The position numbers and the translations under genes are program-made. The notes beneath the pieces are model-generated. The model was not told the DNA's origin, did no database searches, and worked only from the letters and a program-made list of their open reading frames with translations. 64,000 nt of DNA. It comes from Ignavibacteriota bacterium (GTDB lineage: Bacteria > Bacteroidota > Ignavibacteria > UBA10030). Position 1 is the stretch's first letter. Every line of letters begins with the position of its first letter. Below are positions 41,919-54,489 of this stretch, one piece after another. The stretch spans positions 404,879 to 468,878 of the forward strand of contig CAVSHO010000001.1 of assembly GCA_963727825.1 (NCBI GenBank), read 5' to 3'.

Positions 41919-42797
41919 ATGAAACTCACGGAAGAATATAAAAAGTCGCTCAAGCATATTGAAGCTGAAGAGCCTCTTGATCTGAGTTTTTACCGTATTA
42001 TTTCTTTTCTATTTGTAAAAGTCATTCTGCCCTTTCCCATTACGCCGAACCAGATATCCATTGCCGCGCTTATTATGGGGGTGATTAGTGCTGTCTTCTA
42101 TGCCTTTGGAAGTAAAGAAGCCTTTTTAATTGCCGCGGTTTTTTATGCAATTTATTATTTATTCGATCTGAGCGATGGACAGGTTGCCCGGCTGAAAAAA
42201 AACGGCACCAGGATTGGCAGGATCGTTGATGGCATTGCCGATTATGTGACTCATGTTTCTATTTATATCGGATTGGGTATCGGACTGGGGAATGATCTCA
42301 ATACCTGGCTCCTAGTAATTGGGACCTTGATTTGCCTGATGGCTCAGGTTATCCTGTTTGATTTTTACAGAAACCGCTATCTAGAATATAAACTTGGAGA
42401 GATAAATCTTTTCGGGGAAGATTTGAGACAATTCCAGCATGAATATGAAGAATTAAAAAGCTCGCCGGGTAAAAAAATAGAAAAACTGGTTTATTTTTTG
42501 TATCTGAAATATCTGGCCGTGCAGCAATTCTTTATTCCTAAAGCCGAAAAAGAGCAAAAAAGGAAGAAATTTGATACGGTTGATTTTTTAAAGAAGAACA
42601 AACTGGTTATCCGGCTCTGGTCATTTATGGGCAGTTCACTGCATATTACTCTGCTTCTTATCATGTCGGTTTTGAATCGTATTGATTTATATCTGTATGG
42701 GATTCTTATTTTTATCAATATTTATGCTGTACTTTTGGTTATTCTGCAGACCTTTATAGATTCAAAAACAAAATTAGCAGAAAAGGATGTTATATAA
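41919..42797 (+). CDS. CDP-alcohol phosphatidyltransferase family protein
   Basis: ITPNQIS and signature DLSDGQVARLKKNGTRIGRIVDGIAD; likely start ATG 41919. Confidence 0.9.
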   Translation: MKLTEEYKKSLKHIEAEEPLDLSFYRIISFLFVKVILPFPITPNQISIAALIMGVISAVFYAFGSKEAFLIAAVFYAIYYLFDLSDGQVARLKKNGTRIGRIVDGIADYVTHVSIYIGLGIGLGNDLNTWLLVIGTLICLMAQVILFDFYRNRYLEYKLGEINLFGEDLRQFQHEYEELKSSPGKKIEKLVYFLYLKYLAVQQFFIPKAEKEQKRKKFDTVDFLKKNKLVIRLWSFMGSSLHITLLLIMSVLNRIDLYLYGILIFINIYAVLLVILQTFIDSKTKLAEKDVI

Positions 42798-43513
42798 TGC
42801 ATGCTGTTATTCTTGCTGCCGGTATAGCTTCCCGATTAAGACCGTTGACTGATTCCACTCCCAAATGCCTGCTCAGGGTAAAAGATAAACCAATCCTTGG
42901 CTTGATGATTGAAAATCTTTGTTTATCAGGAATTGAACATATTGTTTTAGTGACAGGGTATCTTGAAGATCAAATTCATCGTTTTATCAAAGAAAATTAC
43001 CCGGCAGTTAATGTGACATTTATTTCCAACGAACTGTTTGCCTCAACTAACAATATCTATTCCCTATGGCTGGCTAAAGATATAGTAAAATCAATGGATT
43101 TCCTTCTGTTAGACGGGGATATTGTTTTTGATCGAGAAATCATTGATCTATTATTGAATGGAATGCATCACTCTACCCTTGCTTTGAGAACTAATGGACA
43201 TGTGGGGGAGGAAGATGTGAAAGTAATGATAGATAAAAATGGATTTGTAAAGGAAATCAATAAAACCATGAATCCAGCGGAAGCGGCAGGAGAATCCATT
43301 GGCATTGAGCTATTTTTAAAGAACACTTCAATCAGATTATTTGATGAGTTACAGGTAATGATGGAGCGTGAGAAAAAAGTCAATGTCTGGTATGAAGAAG
43401 CTTTTCAGAGAATCATTAACCTTGGAACGAAGATTGCGGCTATTGATGTGGGGAATTTGAAATGCATGGAATTGGATACGGTTGAAGATTTTAGAAATGC
43501 CGAAAATCTGTAA
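42797..43513 (+). CDS. LicC-like phosphocholine/aminoalcohol-phosphate cytidylyltransferase
   Basis: VILAAGIASRLRPLT..PKCLL, VTGY, TNNIYSL, DGDIVF, GESIG, ELDTVEDF. Confidence 0.85.
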   Translation: MHAVILAAGIASRLRPLTDSTPKCLLRVKDKPILGLMIENLCLSGIEHIVLVTGYLEDQIHRFIKENYPAVNVTFISNELFASTNNIYSLWLAKDIVKSMDFLLLDGDIVFDREIIDLLLNGMHHSTLALRTNGHVGEEDVKVMIDKNGFVKEINKTMNPAEAAGESIGIELFLKNTSIRLFDELQVMMEREKKVNVWYEEAFQRIINLGTKIAAIDVGNLKCMELDTVEDFRNAENL

Positions 43514-43667
43514 TTCGCCTTAATCTGATTCAATAAATTTTTTTCTTAAGCGAGTTGTCCGTGAAATAAAAAAGCCCTTCGAATTGCGAGGATTCTTTTT
43601 GATTCCATTGCCTCAGTACGCCGATCATTTGTTTTTATCGGTTAAAATAAATTGGACATTTGCTGGA

Positions 43668-44291
43668 TTAGAATCCGATCAGTCTACTACAAAGTGCAAC
43701 GATTCCAAATAGTATAAGGACGGAACCGGCAATCTTGTTCATAAGAGATATACCATCGGTGTTAATCCTTTCCTTGAAAAAATGGACGAGTGTTGTGAGC
43801 AGTGTGAACCAACTCATCGTACCAAGAAATATTCCCGTAACAAGAAATAATCCAAAAATATGATTGTCTGTGATATCCCCAAGTCCTACGCTTGCAAAAA
43901 CAGCAGCGAAGGTAAATACTGTCATCGGATTGGTCAATGCCAACAGGAAGGTTGAGAAGAATGCACGAACATGTCTATTTGTTCCATTTGTTTCTTTATC
44001 TGTCGAAGGGCGGGAGTGTAACGTATGATATCCCAATATGATCAGAACGGAACCGCCTATAAGCCTGATCCATTGTTGTTGATTATAGATAAAATCGGAA
44101 ATAAGTGTAACACCGAATGCAGCGACAATACCATAAAGTATATCTGCCACAGCTGCACTTAGACCAACAATTAGTCCGCGTTTACCTCCATGTGCGAGTG
44201 TTCGCCGAATACAAAGTACCCCGAGAGGTCCAACCGGTGCTGCCAGCGAAAATCCTATCGCAATACCTTTCAGAATATAGATCAAACCCAT
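43668..44291 (-). CDS. LysE-family transporter
   Basis: GFSLAAPVGPLGVLCIRRTL, LTNP; multiple TM segments. Confidence 0.9.
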   Translation of the reverse strand: MGLIYILKGIAIGFSLAAPVGPLGVLCIRRTLAHGGKRGLIVGLSAAVADILYGIVAAFGVTLISDFIYNQQQWIRLIGGSVLIILGYHTLHSRPSTDKETNGTNRHVRAFFSTFLLALTNPMTVFTFAAVFASVGLGDITDNHIFGLFLVTGIFLGTMSWFTLLTTLVHFFKERINTDGISLMNKIAGSVLILFGIVALCSRLIGF

Positions 44292-44536
44292 TTATAAGAC
44301 CGATAATAAAATTATTATTGTCACTCTATAATAAAACAAGTTTCTTAAAATAGACAGAGAAAAAAATATGAAACAAATAATAAACAGTGAAAAAGTAAAA
44401 TATAATTTTAATTACAGAAAGTAATACAGTGTTTTGTGCGAAAAAATTCTATTGCTAAATATGAAGTGATAGATCTTTTTGCTGAGAGTGATAAGAAAAT
44501 AATGGCGACCCTACAGTCGCAAGTTGTCAAGGATAA

Positions 44537-44598
44537 GTAGCGGCGGGCGGAACCTATCCGAACTCAGTCCAAAAATTTATGCTCCTTTCAGCGATTTT
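44537..44598. repeat. 62-bp dispersed repeat copy A (tRNA-3'-like att candidate)
   Basis: GTAGCGGCGGGCGGAACCTATCCGAACTCAGTCCAAAAATTTATGCTCCTTTCAGCGATTTT; 49/62 ungapped identity to copy C. Confidence 0.85.
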
Positions 44599-44712
44599 TA
44601 ATCAAAATAGTGAGTCGTTTGCGATAACATTGCCATTCAGTTTCTATTTTAGCACATTTATAATGTAAATTATTTTGTAACTACAAAAATTGCTATAAAA
44701 AAAAACACCACC

Positions 44713-46200
44713 ATGAGCACAGTCATCGTCATATTTGGCGCGACAGGCGACCTAACAGCTCGGAAACTCATTCCGGCTTTATACAACAATTTCCGCAAGA
44801 GACGTCTCCCTAAGTACATCTCTATCATCGGCTTTGCTCGCAAACCTTACACTGACGATAGCTTCCGCGAAAAGATGAAGGAATCGATTGCCGCGTTTGT
44901 GCCCGACGATTATGATGAAAACAATTGGCGTGAGTTCGCCTCACATCTTTTCTATCAACAAGGAGATTTTAAAAGTGCTGAATCCTATAGCGCCTTGTCG
45001 GTAAAGATCGATACTCACGGCGCTTCGGAAAAAAATTGTCTTTACTACCTTGCCACGTCTCCGGAATATTATACAAATGTCGTTGCACTGTTGGCTGAAG
45101 TGAATTTACTGAAAGAAAAGAACGAAAATGGATACCGCCGGATCATAGTCGAAAAACCACTCGGGCATGATCGTCAATCAGCAATTATTCTCAATCGTGA
45201 ATTTCATCGTGTACTAAATGAAGACCAAATTTACCGTATTGATCATTATCTTGGAAAAGAAACAGTACAGAATCTCGTTGTGCTTCGATTCGGCAACGCG
45301 ATCTTTGAACCGCTCTGGAATAGAAACTACATCGACCATGTTCAAATCTCGGTTGCAGAAACTGTTGGAGTAGAACATAGGGCTGGCTATTATGACAACG
45401 CAGGTGTTTTACGCGATATCTTTCAGAACCACCTATTGCAGATCCTAACGGTTGTTGCAATGGAACCACCGGCTACAATTCAAGCAGACGCGTTGCGAAA
45501 CGAAAAGGTGAAAGTTCTCACTGCACTAAGGGAGATTTCAAAGGAACATTCTGCGCAAGCAACTGTGCGTGCGCAGTATGAAGGCTATACATCGGAACCT
45601 GGTGTTGGATTACATTCAACAACTGAGACATATGCCGCTCTAAAGTTATTTATCGATAACTGGAGATGGCAGGGTGTACCGTTTTATCTACGTTCCGGGA
45701 AAATGATGAAAGAAAAATCATCGGATATCACGATTCAGTTCCGCCGTCCACCGACACAGATCTTTGATGTGCAGACGGGCACAACAGAGTTGTTTACTAA
45801 CTGCCTAACCGTTCGTATCCAACCTGACGAAGGGATTCATTTACGATTCATTGCAAAGGTTCCAAATCAGGGTATGCAAACCAGACCGGTTGAAATGGAT
45901 TTTCACTTCAGGGATTCTTTCGGTGTAAATGCCATACCTGATGCGTACGAAAGACTCCTTCTTGAAGCCCTTAACGGAGATGCCTCGCTGTTTGCCCGTA
46001 GTGACGAAATCGAACTTGCTTGGAATTTTATCGATGGCGTTCGTTCCGGGTGGGAAAGCGAGTTTGCACCGCCGTTGCTTAGCTATAAACCAAATACTTG
46101 GGGCCCCGACGCTGCAAACAAACTGCTTGGTTCTGATGGACGATGGTGGATTCACGACAATAAAATTCCTCATGGAAGTGATCCGATAACAGTGATGTAA
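44713..46200 (+). CDS. zwf: Glucose-6-phosphate 1-dehydrogenase
   Basis: FGATGDL, EKPLG, YRIDHYLGKE, RWQGVPFYLRSGK, DAYERL. Confidence 0.97.
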   Translation: MSTVIVIFGATGDLTARKLIPALYNNFRKRRLPKYISIIGFARKPYTDDSFREKMKESIAAFVPDDYDENNWREFASHLFYQQGDFKSAESYSALSVKIDTHGASEKNCLYYLATSPEYYTNVVALLAEVNLLKEKNENGYRRIIVEKPLGHDRQSAIILNREFHRVLNEDQIYRIDHYLGKETVQNLVVLRFGNAIFEPLWNRNYIDHVQISVAETVGVEHRAGYYDNAGVLRDIFQNHLLQILTVVAMEPPATIQADALRNEKVKVLTALREISKEHSAQATVRAQYEGYTSEPGVGLHSTTETYAALKLFIDNWRWQGVPFYLRSGKMMKEKSSDITIQFRRPPTQIFDVQTGTTELFTNCLTVRIQPDEGIHLRFIAKVPNQGMQTRPVEMDFHFRDSFGVNAIPDAYERLLLEALNGDASLFARSDEIELAWNFIDGVRSGWESEFAPPLLSYKPNTWGPDAANKLLGSDGRWWIHDNKIPHGSDPITVM

Positions 46201-46202
46201 GA

Positions 46203-46931
46203 ATGAAGCTTTATCCAAATATCGAAGTGCATCGATCGATTAAGAATCTCGAACAGAACGCTGCAAAGAGAATTGTCTTAATAATCATTAAAGCAATAAA
46301 AGAACGAGGAGATTGCTTCATTGCTTTATCGGGTGGCAACACTCCCCGGCCCGTATATCGCTTGTTGGGAACGCCGCCTATGAAAGACCAAGTTGATTGG
46401 AGGCATGTTCATTTGTTCTTTGCGGATGAACGTATTGTACCACCAACTGATACTCAGAGTAATTATGGCATGGTCAACCGGGAATTAATTTCACATATTG
46501 ACATACCTCGCAAGAATATTCATAGAATTAAAGTTGAGAAAAAACCTAAACTTGCGGCGGCGGCGTATGAAGAGGAATTGCGAAATATTTTTAAGGATGT
46601 TGTTCGGTTTGACTTGGTTTTGCTTGGCATCGGAAATGATGGTCACACCGCATCTATATTTCCAGGATCAGCTGCAGTGGAGGAAGAAAGAGCATTAGCT
46701 TTTGCAGTTTTCGTCCAACGCTTGAACAGTTGGCGTGTGACATTGACATTCCGGAGCATCAATAATTCGCGAGAAGTATTATTTCTCGTATCAGGCAAGA
46801 AGAAAGCGCCCATTGTTCAACGTGTTCTTAACTCACCGAATCCAAGAAAAGAATTACCGGCAACAATGGTCCAACCGGTAGACGGAAATCTTCTTTGGAT
46901 GATTGACGGAGATGCAGCCGAGGGAAAATAG
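46203..46931 (+). CDS. pgl: 6-phosphogluconolactonase
   Basis: ALSGGNTP, DERIVP...SNY, LGIGNDGHTASIFP, RVTLT. Confidence 0.95.
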   Translation: MKLYPNIEVHRSIKNLEQNAAKRIVLIIIKAIKERGDCFIALSGGNTPRPVYRLLGTPPMKDQVDWRHVHLFFADERIVPPTDTQSNYGMVNRELISHIDIPRKNIHRIKVEKKPKLAAAAYEEELRNIFKDVVRFDLVLLGIGNDGHTASIFPGSAAVEEERALAFAVFVQRLNSWRVTLTFRSINNSREVLFLVSGKKKAPIVQRVLNSPNPRKELPATMVQPVDGNLLWMIDGDAAEGK

Positions 46932-47116
46932 CGCTATGTGTGCTACCTCGTTTCTCTCGGTTAGAACTTCGATAATCCAATTATAGCAGAAAAAGCCGGC
47001 ATAATATTACCGACCTATTCAATTATTTATTTTTTAATTAAAAAATCTTCAATCCTTTGTAACGGAGGAGGGATTCCCCGACACACAACGTCGTAGCTGG
47101 GTCAAAAAATAAAAGA

Positions 47117-47140
47117 GGCCGAATCTTTTCAGATTCGGCC
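47117..47140 (-). terminator. Perfect hairpin with minus-strand U-tract but no minus-strand gene upstream
   Basis: GGCCGAATCT-TTTC-AGATTCGGCC, preceded by AAAAAATAAAAGA on the plus strand. Confidence 0.6.
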
Positions 47141-47285
47141 AAAAGTGTAGTGAGGACCTGATACTTGGTCAAAAGAAATTCTTACCTACTATACATTTAA
47201 GCGGATTTTGATATCAAATTTGATCCCGTCATGTTGTCCGCGACGGAAGAAATTGCACTACTGTTTGGAGAAATCATAAAAATAT

Positions 47286-47334
47286 TTGACTTTCAACCAT
47301 AAATAGAATATATTAATAATAGTAACGATTACTA
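47286..47334 (+). promoter_or_regulatory. sigma70-like promoter with a Fur/PerR-type palindromic box
   Basis: TTGACT (47286)-17 bp-TATATT (47309); palindrome TAGTAA-CGA-TTACTA at 47320-47334, just before the RBS. Confidence 0.7.
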
Positions 47335-47345
47335 ACAAGGGGAAT

Positions 47346-49939
<2,594 letters not shown>

Positions 49940-49993
49940 CGAAGAAGTCACTCTTGTTGAAACCGGTAAACATAATGTCTATGTGAAACAACA

Positions 49994-50020
49994 AACGCCC
50001 AAGCTCACCACTTGGGCGTT
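49994..50020 (+). terminator. Hairpin downstream of katG
   Basis: AACGCCCAAG-CTCACCA-CTTGGGCGTT, a perfect 10-bp stem; weak U-tract. Confidence 0.55.
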
Positions 50021-50111
50021 GCTATAAATGACAATTCCCAATCAAATAACTGCGATTCGTTTAATTATTTTTAAACAACTATTGACATTAATTCATTTTT
50101 ATATTAATTTG

Positions 50112-50126
50112 GTTAATATAATTAAC
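50112..50126. promoter_or_regulatory. Operator candidate 1 for the wHTH regulator
   Basis: GTTAAT-ATA-ATTAAC downstream of TTGACA (50082); second copy at 51074. Confidence 0.65.
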
Positions 50127-50169
50127 TTGTTTATAATAGTATCAATATTTATTTTTAAAACATAATGCA

Positions 50170-50775
50170 ATGGACAATACAATGGACAAAATAACTTTAA
50201 CACCCGAAGAAAGTCTCTTGTTAATTACAAAGACAATTGAAGAGACGAAACAAAGATTTAAAGAAAATGGCCACATTTTTATTTTGTGGGGAGTTATTAC
50301 GTTCACAGTATTTTCAAGTCAGTATATTCTTGTACTACTGGGATGGTATAAGTTATTTGACATAATATGGACTACTATATTATTTCCTATTGGGGCAATC
50401 TATACATTTATATATGTTAGAAAAAATGTAAAAAAGAATAATCTACCTAGTACTATCATCGGTAGGATAATAGGAACAATGGGATGGACGATGTGTTTGA
50501 ATATTATGATATTAAGTTATCTTTTTAGGCAGCAACTTGGTGATGCCATTGGCCCGATATTTTTAGTTATACTTGCCTTATTTATAATTGTTATCGGAGC
50601 ATCCATTAAATTTAAGCCGATATTAATTGGAGGTATCTTACTGAATTTAATCGGACTCGGTTCTTTCTATATTAGCAGGGATTATCATGGGCTGAGCATG
50701 ATGTTAGGAGCTTTGGTAGGATTGATAATTCCCGGGATATTACTCAATAGGGCAGATAGGAAAGAACATGTTTAA
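50170..50775 (+). CDS. Multi-TM membrane protein paired with a wHTH regulator
   Basis: EESLLLITKTIEETK N-terminus, FILWG, about 6 TM segments; overlaps the downstream regulator. Confidence 0.75.
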   Translation: MDNTMDKITLTPEESLLLITKTIEETKQRFKENGHIFILWGVITFTVFSSQYILVLLGWYKLFDIIWTTILFPIGAIYTFIYVRKNVKKNNLPSTIIGRIIGTMGWTMCLNIMILSYLFRQQLGDAIGPIFLVILALFIIVIGASIKFKPILIGGILLNLIGLGSFYISRDYHGLSMMLGALVGLIIPGILLNRADRKEHV

Positions 50776-51055
50776 CGATTTAGATCCCATATTACACTCG
50801 CAGCTTCGTTTATCAATCGTTTCTATTTTAATGACCGTTGATGAAGCCAATTTTACTTTTATACAAGAAACTACAAAAGCTGCAGCAGGTAATATAAGTA
50901 TCCAGATAAAAAAATTACAGGAGGCAGAATATGTTAAAGTTAAAAAAACCTTTAAAAATAATTATCCAAATACTACCATATCAATTACCAGTAAAGGAAT
51001 AAAAGCATTTGAGGATTATGTACATAATCTTAAAAAATATATAAATCCCAAATAA
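50768..51055 (+). CDS. Winged-HTH (MarR/ArsR-like) transcriptional regulator
   Basis: LDPILHSQLRLSIVSIL...GNISIQIKKL...T.KG.KAF. Confidence 0.88.
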   Translation: MFNDLDPILHSQLRLSIVSILMTVDEANFTFIQETTKAAAGNISIQIKKLQEAEYVKVKKTFKNNYPNTTISITSKGIKAFEDYVHNLKKYINPK

Positions 51056-51073
51056 TATTTTTTTGTCAATTAG

Positions 51074-51088
51074 GTTAATAATATTAAC
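51074..51088. promoter_or_regulatory. Operator candidate 2 for the wHTH regulator
   Basis: GTTAAT-AAT-ATTAAC between the regulator and the next gene. Confidence 0.65.
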
Positions 51089-51106
51089 TACTTAAAAGGA
51101 TTAATT

Positions 51107-52795
51107 ATGAAAACCACAATATTTATTTTAATGATTTCCATCCTGATGGAATTTGGTTTTGCTCAAAATAACCCGCAAAAGTTTGATGGGCAGATTATGA
51201 AAAACACATTTAACAAAGACAGCATTTCGGTATTAGACTTCTATCGCCGGTATAGTTCATTTACTGATCCTGGAGAGTATGTATATTTGTATAAGAATCT
51301 TCCTGATTCATTGCCTGAACTTTGTAGTTTAGTAAAATCCCAGTTTATTCATCCCATCGTAGAATTACCGCAATATCGTGATCAAATTCCTAAAGAAAGA
51401 TGGAATGAGACAGAAAAGTATACAACAGTTAAATCGGTTCTGCAGGGACTTCTATCCTATGACTCCAGGGGTTTTGTGAAAGACCGGAAACCTGAAGATC
51501 GATTAGTTTTAGGTTGCCGGGAAAATTCCCTCTTACTGGCATCTATACTTAAATACCGTGGTATTCCGGCCAGGATCCGTTACGGACACGCCGCGTATTT
51601 AATACCCGGATTTCATGCGAATCACGTAATCTGTGAAGTATGGAACGAAAAAGACAAGCGTTGGATGCTTGTGGATCCAAGCACAAATATGATTGATTTC
51701 AGCAGAGAAAAATTTGCTTTTGGCAATGATTCATGGTTGAAAATGAAAAAGGGGGAAATAGATCCAAATCTGTATGGGATACCAGGCAAATTTAGCAATA
51801 ATAACGGATTGGTTATAATAGCAACTATGGTTTGCCTGGACTTAGCCTCTGTATTAGGGAACGAAAATACAATATATCAATATGCACCAATTGTTGATTA
51901 TGCTTTCGATAACAATAAAAAATTACCAGAAGATCAAATAGAAATTCTAAACAGGATCAGCAAATTAATGAAATCGTTCAGCTCTGAAAATCTTTCGAAA
52001 TTACAAGAGATTTATGACAATACACCTCAAATTCAAATTACAAAAACATTTGTATTCGATGTCTCTTCATTGCTATCCAATAATTTTGATACAAAAACAT
52101 CAGAAAACGATCCGAAAGTTAAACATACTTCAAAAAATAACCCGGATATTGAATTTGTCGATATACCGGAAGGAACATTCATGATGGGAAGCCCTGTAAC
52201 AGAAATGGGTAGAAAAGATGACGAGGTACAACACAAAGTAACTTTGAGCGCATTTAAGATGAGTAAATATTGCATAACCTATGATCAGTACGATAAGTTT
52301 TGTGAAGCTACCGGCAGAAATAAACCGTGGGGATTTAAACGCGGTAATATGCCTGTATCACAAATAACATGGTACGATGCCGATGCATTTGCCAGATGGA
52401 CGGGCTGCAGGTTGCCTACAGAAGCTGAGCGGGAATATGCTACCCGAGCAAATACTACAACTCCTTTTTATACCGGTGATAGCCTTACATTAGATCAGGC
52501 ATATTTTAATAACAGTTCAGGAAGGGAAGCCAAGCCCGTTGGAAGTTTTCCGCCTAATGCCTTTGGTTTATATGATATGCATGGCAATATGGTGGAATGG
52601 TGCAGTGATTGGTATGGTGAGTATAACATTAATGAAAAAATGAATCCAAAAGGACCAGAAACAGGCAAAATCAAAGTTTTTCGCGGTGGAGGTTTTTGGC
52701 TTCCTGCATGGAGATGCCGGTCTGCATGCCGAGGAGGAGATCCTCAAGGTAATAGAGGCGCAGGTCTTAGTTTTAGAATTGTAAAAGATAAATAA
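51107..52795 (+). CDS. Secreted transglutaminase-like + FGE-sulfatase (SUMF1) domain fusion
   Basis: Signal peptide; GCRENSLLLASIL..GIPARIRYG, H.ICEVW, W..VD triad; C-terminal RLPTEAEREYA, PNAFGLYDMHGNMVEW. Confidence 0.85.
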   Translation: MKTTIFILMISILMEFGFAQNNPQKFDGQIMKNTFNKDSISVLDFYRRYSSFTDPGEYVYLYKNLPDSLPELCSLVKSQFIHPIVELPQYRDQIPKERWNETEKYTTVKSVLQGLLSYDSRGFVKDRKPEDRLVLGCRENSLLLASILKYRGIPARIRYGHAAYLIPGFHANHVICEVWNEKDKRWMLVDPSTNMIDFSREKFAFGNDSWLKMKKGEIDPNLYGIPGKFSNNNGLVIIATMVCLDLASVLGNENTIYQYAPIVDYAFDNNKKLPEDQIEILNRISKLMKSFSSENLSKLQEIYDNTPQIQITKTFVFDVSSLLSNNFDTKTSENDPKVKHTSKNNPDIEFVDIPEGTFMMGSPVTEMGRKDDEVQHKVTLSAFKMSKYCITYDQYDKFCEATGRNKPWGFKRGNMPVSQITWYDADAFARWTGCRLPTEAEREYATRANTTTPFYTGDSLTLDQAYFNNSSGREAKPVGSFPPNAFGLYDMHGNMVEWCSDWYGEYNINEKMNPKGPETGKIKVFRGGGFWLPAWRCRSACRGGDPQGNRGAGLSFRIVKDK

Positions 52796-52810
52796 TAAAA
52801 AAGAGACCAC

Positions 52811-53737
52811 ATGATTAATGTATCAAACCTAAGAAAAACATTCGATACAATTGAGGCGTTGAAAGATATTTCATTCAACATTCAGCAAGGTGAATGTTAT
52901 GGGATACTGGGGCCGAATGGTGCAGGTAAAACAACGACCATCTCCATCTTGAGTACAATAGTAGAACCAAATGACGGAGAAGTGAGAATTGCCGGATATG
53001 ATTTGAAAAAGAATCCGTTGGAATGTAAGAAAAACATTGGCGTTGTTACACAGGAAATAGCACTTTATAATGAACTCTCGGCATATGATAACTTACTATT
53101 TTGGGGAGGCTTGTATAATGTTCCGAAACCGGAACTAACAAAACGAATTGATGAAACTATAAACCTGCTCGGACTGGCCGAGAGGAAGAATGATAAGGTA
53201 AAAACCTATTCCGGTGGAATGAAACGCAGAATTAATATCGCTTCTGCATTGCTTCACAGGCCTCATGTCTTATTTATGGATGAACCCACCGTGGGTATTG
53301 ACCCTCAAAGCCGGAATTTGATTTTTGAAGTGGTAGAAAAGCTGCATAAAGATGGAATGACAATTGTTTATACCACTCATTATATGGAAGAAGCTGAACG
53401 TTTGTGCGATCGTATCGGAATTATTGACAACGGAGAAATCATTGCACAGGGAACATTGGATGAATTAAGGACTTCGGGTTCGATGAAAGAAACCGTTGTA
53501 ATTTCTTTTACTAATCTTTCGGATGAGCGCTTCAATATAATTGCAAATTTTTGGAATGATCTGCAACGTTTTGAAGATACGATACATTTTTATTCCATGA
53601 ATATTCAGCATGATTTATCGAAAATAATATTAAAGTGCAGTGAATTCGATCTTGATATCAAGCATATTGATATCCGAAAAATAAACCTTGAAACCATATT
53701 CTTAAGTTTAACCGGTAAACAACTGAGAGACAAATGA
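52811..53737 (+). CDS. ABC exporter ATP-binding protein
   Basis: GPNGAGKTT, YSGGMKRR, FMDEPTVGID, TTHYMEE. Confidence 0.95.
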   Translation: MINVSNLRKTFDTIEALKDISFNIQQGECYGILGPNGAGKTTTISILSTIVEPNDGEVRIAGYDLKKNPLECKKNIGVVTQEIALYNELSAYDNLLFWGGLYNVPKPELTKRIDETINLLGLAERKNDKVKTYSGGMKRRINIASALLHRPHVLFMDEPTVGIDPQSRNLIFEVVEKLHKDGMTIVYTTHYMEEAERLCDRIGIIDNGEIIAQGTLDELRTSGSMKETVVISFTNLSDERFNIIANFWNDLQRFEDTIHFYSMNIQHDLSKIILKCSEFDLDIKHIDIRKINLETIFLSLTGKQLRDK

Positions 53738-54489
53738 TAAAACTAGTTAAGAAAGATTTGAAATTATTTTTCAGTAATAGGCAAGACATGATGCTTACTT
53801 TTATAATGCCCATAATATTTATTACCCTATTTGCTTTTGTTTTCGGAAAAATGAACAATTCCGAAGAAAATCATTTAGCGAGTCTTGTTCACTCGGTGGC
53901 AGGTACATCAGTAATGATGCTATTATTTTCAGTAGCTGGAATAGGTGGAGGTCTTTTGGATGAAAAGCAGGAAGGCATGTTAAAGAAGTTACTTTGCTCA
54001 CCCATACACCGTAATTATATCCTCTTTGGGAAATTAGTATTTGCGAATATCATTTCCATTATTCAGCTAATAATCGTGTTTGTTTACGCCTGGCTGATTT
54101 TTGGTTTAGACATTATACATCATCTCCCTTCTCTTGTCCTTATGATTTTTACAATAGCCTTTGCCTGTTCCGGTTTTGGTGTAGTTCTTGCCTCGTTTGC
54201 TAGAACACGCCAACAGGTGCAGGGATTTTCAACTATAATTGTACTTGTTATGAGTGCTATCGGAGGTAGTATGATTCCTATATTTGCAATGCCGGAAATT
54301 ATGCAAAAGATTGCTGTTTTTTCCGTTAATTATTGGGGGATTCAGGGGATTTATGATATCTTCTGGAAACTTGTTCCGTTTACAGATATTACATTCTTAT
54401 CAAGAGTCTTAGTTTTATTAGGCGTTGGAACTTTATTGAATTTCATTGCTCTTCAGATGTACAGGAGAAATATTTTAAAGATTGTTTAA
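53734..54489 (+). CDS. ABC-2 type exporter permease
   Basis: Six TM segments; EKQEGMLKKLLCSP, ILFGK, GGSMIP. Confidence 0.9.
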   Translation: MIKLVKKDLKLFFSNRQDMMLTFIMPIIFITLFAFVFGKMNNSEENHLASLVHSVAGTSVMMLLFSVAGIGGGLLDEKQEGMLKKLLCSPIHRNYILFGKLVFANIISIIQLIIVFVYAWLIFGLDIIHHLPSLVLMIFTIAFACSGFGVVLASFARTRQQVQGFSTIIVLVMSAIGGSMIPIFAMPEIMQKIAVFSVNYWGIQGIYDIFWKLVPFTDITFLSRVLVLLGVGTLLNFIALQMYRRNILKIV

